DNA of 64,000 bases from Candidatus Colwellbacteria bacterium (GTDB lineage Bacteria > Patescibacteriota > Minisyncoccia > UBA6257 > Colwellbacteraceae): contig JACOWZ010000003.1 in NCBI GenBank assembly GCA_016176525.1, positions 385,000 through 448,999 of the forward strand. Direction: 5' to 3'. Position 1 is the stretch's first letter. Each line of letters starts with the position of its first letter. Below the pieces are notes generated by a model. That model ran no database searches and was not told the origin of the DNA. It saw nothing but the letters and a program-made list of their open reading frames with translations. This document shows positions 46,342-54,709 of this stretch, in pieces. Made by a program: the position numbers and the translations under genes.

Positions 46342-46950
46342 ATGGTGAAGTACCCTTTTTGGAAACGTGTGGAGGACATTTTGGGCTCTACCTTTGGGAT
46401 TTTGCTTATTTCGCCCATTTTGCCTTTTATAGTTCTAGCAATAAAACTTGAGTACCCGCGTGAAAAGACACTTGTAAAACTAAAAAGAGTAAGCGAAGGC
46501 AAGATAATAGAAGTATATAAATTTAGAAATATGATACCGAATGCGGATAAAATAAAAAAAGATCTATTACATTTAAACGAACGCACAGACGGCCCGTTTT
46601 TTAAGATTTCTAGAGATCCACGCGTGACGCGGGTTGGGCGAGTGTTGCGCAAATTTCGCTTAGATGAATTTCCGCAGCTTATAAATGTTTTGCGGGGCGA
46701 GCTTGCGCTTGTGGGTCCACGGCCGCATGAGCGCGAGGAGGTTGATGCCTACCCCGCGGAGTATAAAGATATAGCTGAATATAGAGCCGGAGTAACCGGT
46801 CTTTCACAAGTTAGCGGCGCATCAAGCCTCGCTTTTATGCGCGAGCTTGAACTGGACAAATTTTATATACAAAACCGTTCTTTATGGATGGATGTTAAAA
46901 TACTTTTTAGAACCGCCGCGATTTTATTTTTTGACCCAACAGCAGTATGA
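46342..46950 (+). CDS. Priming sugar (phosphoglycosyl) transferase
   Basis: KRVEDI, YKFRNM, DPRVTRVG..LRK..LDEFPQL.NVL.G...VGPRP. Confidence 0.92.
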   Translation: MVKYPFWKRVEDILGSTFGILLISPILPFIVLAIKLEYPREKTLVKLKRVSEGKIIEVYKFRNMIPNADKIKKDLLHLNERTDGPFFKISRDPRVTRVGRVLRKFRLDEFPQLINVLRGELALVGPRPHEREEVDAYPAEYKDIAEYRAGVTGLSQVSGASSLAFMRELELDKFYIQNRSLWMDVKILFRTAAILFFDPTAV

Positions 46951-48998
46951 AAAAACAACCGATAAATAACGTAAGGTATGTAGTAAAAGATGTTTATCAT
47001 CCGCGGGAGCGCGGGCGTAAATTGCGCAAATCCACAAAAAGCTCCGGATATTTTTCGCGCGCCGGTTGGGTGCCTAATAAATTTAATATAAAACCGCGGC
47101 GCCTGCCATTTGGAGTGAGGAGAGTTGCAGCCTTTGGGGCACTCGCCATATTTTTGGCTGTGTTTGCTTATGGAGGTTATCTCTGGAGCTATAAAGACGA
47201 TGGGATGCGTTCTATTTCTAATATCTATGAGAACTTTAAGTCGGCTGCAGAAAATATGGTGCTCTTGAACACTGATGCAGCGCGGGAATTTTTAGAAAAC
47301 ATAGAAATTGAAGTTAAAGGCATTGATGGCAGAACAAAACTCTTGAACGCGGCGCCTGTTTTAAGCGAAGTTCCACGCGCAGTCGGCAATATTGCGGAGC
47401 TCACTACTCTTATGAATTTACTGAATTCCGATGTTGAAAGTTTAAAGACCAATGGCTTCAATATGCTTTTTAGCGAAACCGGCCAAGGAATAACGAGTAT
47501 TTTAAAGAATACTCAAGCAAATATTGTTAAAATAGAAAATCTCGTAAGAGAGCTTAAAAACGCTGCCTCGAAGTTTGGGCTTGCCTCTACAACCATAGCC
47601 GGCGATTATTTAGCGCTTGATGTTAGCCTTACTAGGGGCTCTGATTTCATTAACGGCATCTTAAATCTTTTGGATTCTGGCGAGGATAAGAGATTGATTG
47701 TATTTTTTGAAAACCCTTCGGAGATTAGGCCCGGTGGCGGGTTTTTAGGCAGTTATGCAGAATTAGTGCTCGGTGGCGGCAGAGTAAAGCAGATAAATGT
47801 AAACGATGTTTATTATCCTGTGCGGTTTTCCGATTTTAAAATTGTGCCGCCTAAGCAGTTGCAAGCTATAGTGGGCAGTTGGAACACACAGGATGCGAAT
47901 TGGTTTTTTGATTTTGCAATGTCTGCCGAAAAAACCCTTGATTTTTTGGAAGCCTCGGATATTTACGAGGGTAAACATATGGCAGGCGCAGTCGCAATAA
48001 ATGTAAAAGTCATAGAAGATATATTGCCGCTTATCGGGGAAATAGAGGTGCCAGAATATGGGCTTACACTAACTTCTAAAAACTTTTTGCGCGAGGTACA
48101 AGAAGAGGTTGAGGTAGGTAGAGATAAGAAGCCCGGCCAGAACCCCAAAAAGATTTTAAATATTATAACGCCAATTTTAATGGAGCGGCTCTCAAACTTA
48201 GATGATAACGACAAATTACAGCTTGCCCAAATTTTTGCAAAGCGCGCTATAAACAAAGATATAAAGTTTTATTTCCGCGACAAAACCCTACAAGATTTCG
48301 CAGAAGAATATCTTGTTGCCGGCAGGGTGTTTAAAATACCCACAGGGTTTAGTGGAGATTACTTAGCTGTAGTTAATGCCAACGTTGCGGGAGGGAAAAC
48401 CGATGTTTTTGTGCGCCAGAGTATTGATTTAACTTCACATATAGATAGTGCTGGTGCAGTTGTAAACAAGCTCTCTATTGAACGTGCACATGAGGGCTAT
48501 GGTGAGAGAGAATGGTGGTATAGGGCGACCAACCAGAATTACATAAAAGTATTCGCGCCCACCGGCGCCAAGCTAGAGAGTTTGAGCGGCAACACTTCTA
48601 AAAATGTAACTCCCTTGGTAGACTATAGCATCGCGGATTATAAGGTTGATGAGGATTTGTCTTATGTGGAAGATACTAGAAGGTTCTTAACAGAGTTTGA
48701 AACATCTGAGTTTAAGGAGCTTGGAAAAACTTCTTGGGGAACATGGTTTAGCGTACAGGCAGGGGCAGAGCGCACACTTGAATTGCAATATGTTAACCCT
48801 AAGCGCGTGCGCGCTTATGATGGGGCAAAATATATATTTGTGCTAGACAAGCAATCTGGAGTTGAGTCTGAATTTAAGTATTCAATTGCTACACCGGAGG
48901 GTTTTGTGTGGGCAGAGTCCGGCACAAGTATATTCGAATATTCTACAAGAGAGATCCCCGCGCGGCTTACAATAGAATTAACTCTAAGAGAAGAATAA
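46947..48998 (+). CDS. DUF4012-domain membrane protein
   Basis: ENPSEIRPGGGFLGSY, DANWFFDF, VVNANVAGGKTD, KQSG. Confidence 0.8.
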   Translation: MKKQPINNVRYVVKDVYHPRERGRKLRKSTKSSGYFSRAGWVPNKFNIKPRRLPFGVRRVAAFGALAIFLAVFAYGGYLWSYKDDGMRSISNIYENFKSAAENMVLLNTDAAREFLENIEIEVKGIDGRTKLLNAAPVLSEVPRAVGNIAELTTLMNLLNSDVESLKTNGFNMLFSETGQGITSILKNTQANIVKIENLVRELKNAASKFGLASTTIAGDYLALDVSLTRGSDFINGILNLLDSGEDKRLIVFFENPSEIRPGGGFLGSYAELVLGGGRVKQINVNDVYYPVRFSDFKIVPPKQLQAIVGSWNTQDANWFFDFAMSAEKTLDFLEASDIYEGKHMAGAVAINVKVIEDILPLIGEIEVPEYGLTLTSKNFLREVQEEVEVGRDKKPGQNPKKILNIITPILMERLSNLDDNDKLQLAQIFAKRAINKDIKFYFRDKTLQDFAEEYLVAGRVFKIPTGFSGDYLAVVNANVAGGKTDVFVRQSIDLTSHIDSAGAVVNKLSIERAHEGYGEREWWYRATNQNYIKVFAPTGAKLESLSGNTSKNVTPLVDYSIADYKVDEDLSYVEDTRRFLTEFETSEFKELGKTSWGTWFSVQAGAERTLELQYVNPKRVRAYDGAKYIFVLDKQSGVESEFKYSIATPEGFVWAESGTSIFEYSTREIPARLTIELTLREE

Positions 48999-49016
48999 GC
49001 TTTAATTCACATTGCA

Positions 49017-49040
49017 GGTGTTATGATCAATCATAACACC
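49017..49040. repeat. 24-bp palindrome, copy 4 (intergenic, upstream of lepA)
   Basis: GGTGTTATGATCAATCATAACACC. Confidence 0.95.
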
Positions 49041-49068
49041 ACTGTATCAGCACATCATTTATGAATAT

Positions 49069-50820
49069 ATGGAGATAAGAAATTTTGTAATCATAGCCCA
49101 TGTTGACCATGGGAAGAGTACGCTTGCCGATAGGCTTTTGGAGGCGACCCACACCGTTTCAGCGCATAAGATGAAAGCGCAGTATTTAGATGCGCTGGAG
49201 CTTGAGCGCGAGCGTGGGATAACCATAAAAATGGCACCGGTAAGAATGAAATATGGCGAATATATTTTGAATTTAATTGATACTCCTGGGCACAGCGACT
49301 TTAGTTATGAAGTTTCGCGCTCTTTGGGTGCGGTTGAGGGTGCGGTGCTACTGGTCGATATTACACAAGGCGCGCAGGCTCAAACCCTTGCAAATTTAGA
49401 CTCTGCCCGGCGCGCAGGCTTAAAAATAATAGGCGCGATAAATAAAATTGATTTAAACCCGGCGGGTGCGGATACTGCTTCCGAGGAACTCGCCTCGCTT
49501 TTGGGCTGTAAAAAAGAAGAAATTCATCGTGTTTCAGGCAAAACCGGCGAGGGTGTGGAAGGCCTTTTACAAGATATTGCGCGTAGAGTTCCTGGGCCTA
49601 AAATCGGGGGTGAGGAAAAATCTGCGCTTATTTTTAGCTCTACTTATAATAACCATAAAGGTGTTATTGCGTATGTTCGGGTTTTCGGCGGCAAGTTTAA
49701 GGCGGGTGAAAATGTGAAGCTTTTGGGAGTTAACGAGTCTTTTAAGATAAAAGAAGTTGGCTACTTTACGCCAGAATTTAAACCAGCCGACGCATTAGAG
49801 AACGGTGAGATAGGGTATATTGCAACTGGAATAAAAGATCCCGATATTATCAAAATAGGTGACACTGTTGGTTCAGATGGCGGGACGCCTCTGTCTGGTT
49901 TTAAAATTCCCCAGCCGGTTGTCTTTGTATCTATCTATCCAGACGAGAGTGATGACTATGACGATTTGAAGTTTGCTTTTGGCAAGTTACGGCTTGGTGA
50001 TTCTTCTTTAAGTTTTGCGCCGGATTTTAACGAAGTATTGGGGCGAGGCTTTAAATGCGGCTTTTTGGGCAAACTGCATATGGAAATAACAATACAAAGA
50101 TTAGAACGTGAGTTTGGCTTAAAAACTGTAAACAGTTTTCCGTCGGTTGCATATTTGGTTAAAACAAAAGATAAGGGGGAGTTTATTGCCGAGACTCCGC
50201 AAGATTTTCCTGCAGACTATTTAGAGGCTAAAGAGCCGATGGCGAATTTAGAGGTTTTGATCCCTGGGGAATATCTAGGCGCGTTTCTGGGGCTCAAAAA
50301 TGAGTTTAAGTTGGAGAATATTACAACCGACAATTACTTGCATAAAATAAAAGTGCGCGCGGCTCTTCCGCTCTCCGAGCTTATTGCGGATTTTGACGAC
50401 AGGTTAAAATCTATATCTTCTGGGTTTGCATCTTTTAGCTACGAGATAACTGATTTTCGCAGTGCAGACTTAAGAAAGTTAGATGTGCTTGTCGCCGGTG
50501 AACCTTTGGCGGGGCTCTCCAGAATTGTGCACAAAGAAGATGTTGAATCGGTTGGCCGCAATCTTGTTGTAAGGCTAAAAGACCTTTTACCGAAGGTGCA
50601 GTTTACGCAGGCCTTGCAGGCAATTGTGGGTGGCAAAATTATAGCGCGCGAAACTATACCGGCTCTACAAAAACGGCTTGGTTATTTTGGCAAAACCGGA
50701 GGAGACAGAACCCGCAAAATGAAACTCTGGAAGAAACAAAAAGAGGGTAAGGCGCGGCTAAAGGAGAGGGGGAGGGTGAGTGTACCCGCCGAGGCATTTA
50801 AGGAGCTTTTGAAAAAGTAA
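49069..50820 (+). CDS. lepA: Elongation factor 4
   Basis: IRNFVIIAHVDHGKSTLADR, ERERGITIK, GFLGKLHMEI, GGDRTRKMKL..KQKEGK. Confidence 0.95.
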   Translation: MEIRNFVIIAHVDHGKSTLADRLLEATHTVSAHKMKAQYLDALELERERGITIKMAPVRMKYGEYILNLIDTPGHSDFSYEVSRSLGAVEGAVLLVDITQGAQAQTLANLDSARRAGLKIIGAINKIDLNPAGADTASEELASLLGCKKEEIHRVSGKTGEGVEGLLQDIARRVPGPKIGGEEKSALIFSSTYNNHKGVIAYVRVFGGKFKAGENVKLLGVNESFKIKEVGYFTPEFKPADALENGEIGYIATGIKDPDIIKIGDTVGSDGGTPLSGFKIPQPVVFVSIYPDESDDYDDLKFAFGKLRLGDSSLSFAPDFNEVLGRGFKCGFLGKLHMEITIQRLEREFGLKTVNSFPSVAYLVKTKDKGEFIAETPQDFPADYLEAKEPMANLEVLIPGEYLGAFLGLKNEFKLENITTDNYLHKIKVRAALPLSELIADFDDRLKSISSGFASFSYEITDFRSADLRKLDVLVAGEPLAGLSRIVHKEDVESVGRNLVVRLKDLLPKVQFTQALQAIVGGKIIARETIPALQKRLGYFGKTGGDRTRKMKLWKKQKEGKARLKERGRVSVPAEAFKELLKK

Positions 50821-50828
50821 CCCTAGCC

Positions 50829-50945
50829 TTCACCAAACCCACAGTATCTCGAGTCACCGGCGTAAAATTCCCGACTGTTTTTTCGCCTTTTTCTCGCCTC
50901 GTCAGGCTCCGAAGATGACTCTCGACACAATGGGTTTGGTTCGCC
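50829..50945. repeat. ~115-bp structured repeat, copy C
   Basis: TTCACCAAACCCACAGTATCTCGAGTCAC...TGACTCTCGACACAATGGGTTTGGTTCGCC. Confidence 0.9.
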
Positions 50946-50975
50946 TAAATATTGTTTGGGATTTATAATGTAACT

Positions 50976-51260
50976 ATGCGCATAGTGGTCTATATAGTAT
51001 TCGGTGCTGTAAGCGCCATAATTCTCTACCACCTCTATGGCGCTAATTTAGAGAGGTTGGAGCTAAAAGAGAGATACTCTGCTTCAATGGAGGAGTTGGG
51101 TGAGTTAAAGACTGATATAGAGGGCCTAGAGAGTGACATTGAATACTACTCTGACCCGCGCAATCTTGAAAAAGAGATGCGTGCGAGGTTTAATTACAGA
51201 GCTCCAAATGAAAAGACTATTATAGTTGTGCCGGAGGAGAGTAACGACGCAACAGAGTAA
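50976..51260 (+). CDS. Septum formation initiator (FtsB/DivIC-like)
   Basis: TM plus coiled coil plus DP.NLEKE.R..FNY..PNE. Confidence 0.8.
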   Translation: MRIVVYIVFGAVSAIILYHLYGANLERLELKERYSASMEELGELKTDIEGLESDIEYYSDPRNLEKEMRARFNYRAPNEKTIIVVPEESNDATE

Positions 51261-51288
51261 CGAGGTAACTAAGTAACAATGTAACTGC
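51241..51288 (+). repeat. Six phased 8-bp units (GYAAC-NNN)
   Basis: GTAACGAC GCAACAGA GTAACGAG GTAACTAA GTAACAAT GTAACTGC. Confidence 0.75.
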
Positions 51289-51357
51289 GAGTGTAGTACA
51301 GTGGCAGTACGCGACCTTCCCAAGGTTGAGACGAGGGTTCGATTCCCTTCACTCGCT
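51287..51357 (+). tRNA. tRNA-Gly(CCC)
   Basis: GCGAGTG/CACTCGC stem, TT-CCC-AA loop, GGTTCGATTCC. Confidence 0.93.
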
Positions 51358-51376
51358 CAAATGTTATAATATTTGT

Positions 51377-51598
51377 ATGGATGGCAAGACTAAAGAATTT
51401 ATAGATGCGGCGCTTACAGACAAGCCAACGTCTTTTAAAGACAGTTTACTGCGCAGGCCTGTTAGTCTTGGGAATATAGCAGACGCGTTTCGGATTGGTT
51501 TGCGGTCTATTTTTAAAAAGTCTAAAAAAACTACGGAGCAGGTTCCTCCACAGGAGCAGACTCCTCCGCAGGAGCAACAACCTCCGCAGGTAAAGTAA
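51377..51598 (+). CDS. Small hypothetical protein
   Basis: TATAAT 6 nt before ATG; overlaps the convergent gene. Confidence 0.45.
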   Translation: MDGKTKEFIDAALTDKPTSFKDSLLRRPVSLGNIADAFRIGLRSIFKKSKKTTEQVPPQEQTPPQEQQPPQVK

Positions 51599-51806
51599 TG
51601 CCAAGCTTCGGCGCTATTTTTTCATAACCTTCTGTGTTTAAGTGTATAAGCTCTGCGCGAATTTGCTCTTGGTCTATGCTGAATATTTTGTTGATTCTGT
51701 CGGATACAAACCGATATGTTGCATATGTTCCTAATGATATAAATATTGCCAAAAATAGAGTAATAACCCTATACAACCATCTGTTTTTTTCTTTTTGATT
51801 ATTCAT
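51531..51806 (-). CDS. Small membrane-anchored protein at the end of the pilMNO operon
   Basis: Single TM; operon position. Confidence 0.6.
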   Translation of the reverse strand: MNNQKEKNRWLYRVITLFLAIFISLGTYATYRFVSDRINKIFSIDQEQIRAELIHLNTEGYEKIAPKLGITLPAEVVAPAEESAPVEEPAP

Positions 51807-51810
51807 ATTT

Positions 51811-52380
51811 TTAGCGAATATCTTTAACGTAGAGCCTCGCTCTAACTGTGGTTTGCGATAAGGCAGATGCCCACCCGCCGAAGGCTTCGCCCGAGGAAAT
51901 TGAAAAACTCAATATTGGCGAGAAGAATTGCAGCTCTTCAATTTCTTTTAATAGGCTGGTTAGAGATGTTATGTTCATAGTTTCGTTTAGCGCATATTCG
52001 GTGTATGCCAGGCGCACTCCGCTTTCGCCGGGGTCATCAAGCGGAATCGGCTGCGAGAAGCGCGGAGTTTGTATTATTCCATATTTTCTTGTAATGGAGT
52101 CTAACACGACCAGAAAGTCTAGAATATTTTCTGATGATGGTACGGAATCTTCCAGTTTTGCATAATTTTCTTCGCCTATTTTTGCAAGCGCATCGCGGTG
52201 CTCTTGCTCGTTTTCTGCGCGGCTAATTTGTATTTCTTGGTTAGTCTTCTGCGATTGAATATCTGCGCTGATTTTGTTTATCTGCCAACCGGATATTCCT
52301 ATTACAATACCGGAGACAATAAGCGCTATAAGCGGTTTTATTGCATATCTTGGTATTTTAGGAATATTTAGCTTTTGCAT
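51811..52380 (-). CDS. PilO-like type IV pilus alignment protein
   Basis: TM, coiled coil, ferredoxin-like pattern (VPS...L..L; LL.EIE.L); follows pilMN. Confidence 0.65.
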   Translation of the reverse strand: MQKLNIPKIPRYAIKPLIALIVSGIVIGISGWQINKISADIQSQKTNQEIQISRAENEQEHRDALAKIGEENYAKLEDSVPSSENILDFLVVLDSITRKYGIIQTPRFSQPIPLDDPGESGVRLAYTEYALNETMNITSLTSLLKEIEELQFFSPILSFSISSGEAFGGWASALSQTTVRARLYVKDIR

Positions 52381-52386
52381 GATTAT

Positions 52387-53793
52387 TTAGTATAAAGTTT
52401 GCGGGTTTTTAACTTTAAACCTTACGTTGAATGGAATGTTTGTGCGCAGTTCCAGATTTTGTATCGGTATCTCAACTTCCGTTGCAAACTCGGATTCTTC
52501 TAGGGTTTTTCTAAACTCGCTTAATATTTCTCTTGTAGATGCTTTGCCCTCTAAAACTAGAGTTTCTGTAGGATTGCCGATTGTAAGTTTGGTAATAGTT
52601 ATACCGGCTGGCAGTGCGGCGCGGAGAGTTTCTAAAAACCTGCTCCAGCGAGGGCTAGTGGAGTCAATCTCTGCGAGTTGGCCAGTTAGGCTGTTAAACG
52701 CCAAAACCCTTTTTTCTAGGGCAATGTTTTCTACACTTCTTTCTTGGATAATTGCCAAAGTTTCTGTTTTTACGCCTTCTTGTATTATGGCAAGAAGCGC
52801 CCACGAACCCAAGAAAACAGCGCTAAATATTATTGAAACTCCGGTTATTACGTTTGATACAAGCCTTATAAAGGCGAGCCTTTTTTGCTCTTCGTAGGCA
52901 GTTTCTGTGCCCACTGCCATAAGACTGATTAACTCGTCGTCGCTGCGGGGGATTAAGCCGCGGAGAGCCGCGCCGAGGGCCCCGAGCCATTCTTTTGCTT
53001 TGCCTGTCAGTCTTTGGTCGGCGGCGAATTTTTCCGGGAGTTTTAAGTTTTCTGCAGAAATTGTCGCCGAGAACAGCATTTTTGTGGATTCGCTGAAGTC
53101 TGAGAATCTTTTTATTGCCGAATTCAATTCATCTGCGGACAGGTTTGCCGGCAAAATGTGCGCAAATTTAACAGATTTGTGTTGTATAACAGCAAAAGTT
53201 TGAGTTGTTTTGTCGGGTAAAATAACAAGTGTTGGCGCATCTGTGCCGATCTCTGCAACGCGCGCGGCTGCAAGCACCCGCGGTTCCATGGCTATTATTT
53301 TTAGCTTTGCGTTTGTTATCGCTTTTATGTATGCGTTTGCGTGGTTCTTGCGGATTAATGCGAGTAATAGCTCGTTTGTGTTTTTTCCCTCAACGCGTTC
53401 CCAGTCAATATATGCGTCTTCTGGCGGAACCGGCAAATTAAAACCCGATGCTGTTGCCATTGCCTCTTGCAGTTTGCCTCTAGTAATGCTTGCTGGGAAT
53501 GTAAAAGTTCTAAAATATACTTTTGCCTCTGGTATAGAGACTATTACGTTTGCAGGGCGGGCGGAAAGCTTTTCTAAAACTTTATTTATTGCCTCGGTTA
53601 GCTTTTCAGGCTGTTTTAGTTCGCCGTCTGCGACTATGTCTTCTTGTAGCGGCTCTTCTGCGAGTTCTTTTATAAAAAGTTTGCCGCTCTTGTCGCGTGC
53701 GAGCCAGGCAAGCCGCACCGCGTCGTCTGCAATATCTAGTCCGGCAATCGCTTCTTCAATTGTCAGGAGTTTTACTATCTCACTCATTAACAT
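52387..53793 (-). CDS. PilM-PilN fusion protein
   Basis: AGLDIAD, V.DGEL, VIVSIP, YIDW (PilM); TM then WS.FL..L....P.GI.IT.L (PilN). Confidence 0.8.
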   Translation of the reverse strand: MLMSEIVKLLTIEEAIAGLDIADDAVRLAWLARDKSGKLFIKELAEEPLQEDIVADGELKQPEKLTEAINKVLEKLSARPANVIVSIPEAKVYFRTFTFPASITRGKLQEAMATASGFNLPVPPEDAYIDWERVEGKNTNELLLALIRKNHANAYIKAITNAKLKIIAMEPRVLAAARVAEIGTDAPTLVILPDKTTQTFAVIQHKSVKFAHILPANLSADELNSAIKRFSDFSESTKMLFSATISAENLKLPEKFAADQRLTGKAKEWLGALGAALRGLIPRSDDELISLMAVGTETAYEEQKRLAFIRLVSNVITGVSIIFSAVFLGSWALLAIIQEGVKTETLAIIQERSVENIALEKRVLAFNSLTGQLAEIDSTSPRWSRFLETLRAALPAGITITKLTIGNPTETLVLEGKASTREILSEFRKTLEESEFATEVEIPIQNLELRTNIPFNVRFKVKNPQTLY

Positions 53794-53885
53794 TAATTCT
53801 ACACTATTTTACTCTGTGCGGTTATTAACATTCTTACCTAAGTCTTAGAGTCGTTTTATGCTATAATTTTCTCGTTAAATTAGAA

Positions 53886-54560
53886 ATGCAAAATTCAACC
53901 AAAAAAGGGTTCACATTGCTTGAGCTCTTGATTGTTATTACCATAATTTCCATTCTCTCGGTTATTTTGATTATTGCGTTAAACCCTGCGGAAACTCTTC
54001 GCAAAGCCCGCGATGTTCAGCGAATATCTGATTTAGCATCTCTCAAAAACGTGATCGCTATTTATATAACTGAGAATGGCGGAGACAATAGTTTTCCTGC
54101 TTTAGATGGTGATCAGACAAATGATGACAATGCTGATTGTGAGGGTGGTGGTGGGACTGAAAGGGTCTGGCTCAGTGCGGATGGAAATGCAACCCCTGAT
54201 ACAAGTATATATGCAAATACGGCCGTTTATACTGACGGTGATAACGGTGATTTCGCAGTTGATGGCACGGGTTGGATTCCGGTTGATTTCGAGGCTCTTA
54301 CTGGCGGTTCACCTATCTCTGGTTTGCCTATTGACCCATCAAATAGCAACGAAGTTACTCTTGGTACTGCAGTTAGCGACACTACGTTGGTATATACTTA
54401 TGTTTGTAGTGACGCAAATACTACATTTGAAATAAATGCAGTTCTTGAAAGTGCTGATTTCGTCAATGGTGGTCCTAATGATAAAGAAGGAAGAGACGGT
54501 GGTAATAATGACAATTTATATGAGGTTGGCACAGAGTTGGATATTGTAAACAGCCGATAG
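53886..54560 (+). CDS. Type IV pilin (probable major pilin)
   Basis: KKG|FTLLELLIVI, KARDVQRISDL, LPIDP. Confidence 0.9.
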   Translation: MQNSTKKGFTLLELLIVITIISILSVILIIALNPAETLRKARDVQRISDLASLKNVIAIYITENGGDNSFPALDGDQTNDDNADCEGGGGTERVWLSADGNATPDTSIYANTAVYTDGDNGDFAVDGTGWIPVDFEALTGGSPISGLPIDPSNSNEVTLGTAVSDTTLVYTYVCSDANTTFEINAVLESADFVNGGPNDKEGRDGGNNDNLYEVGTELDIVNSR

Positions 54561-54709
54561 TGGTTGACTTTATTTTAGGTCCGTTTGCGATTTGGAGTAG
54601 TTAGATTTTTTGTTTTCGGGTCTGTGTTAGTATGTTAGTTGCTATTATTGGGCACAATCAAACCCTAACGGGTTTCTAGCTTTTGTAATATGTAATATAA
54701 TTCTAGGCA

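Noticed and set aside
3141-49040. 24-bp palindromes or ~115-bp repeats as a CRISPR array or integron attC sites
   Set aside because: Copies are dispersed over kilobases with no regular spacers; there is no cas or integron integrase gene and no attC-type RYYYAAC/GTTRRRY ends.
51326-51376. ORF-track start inside tRNA-Gly
   Set aside because: It overlaps the tRNA; ATG 51377 with a -10 box 6 nt upstream is more plausible.
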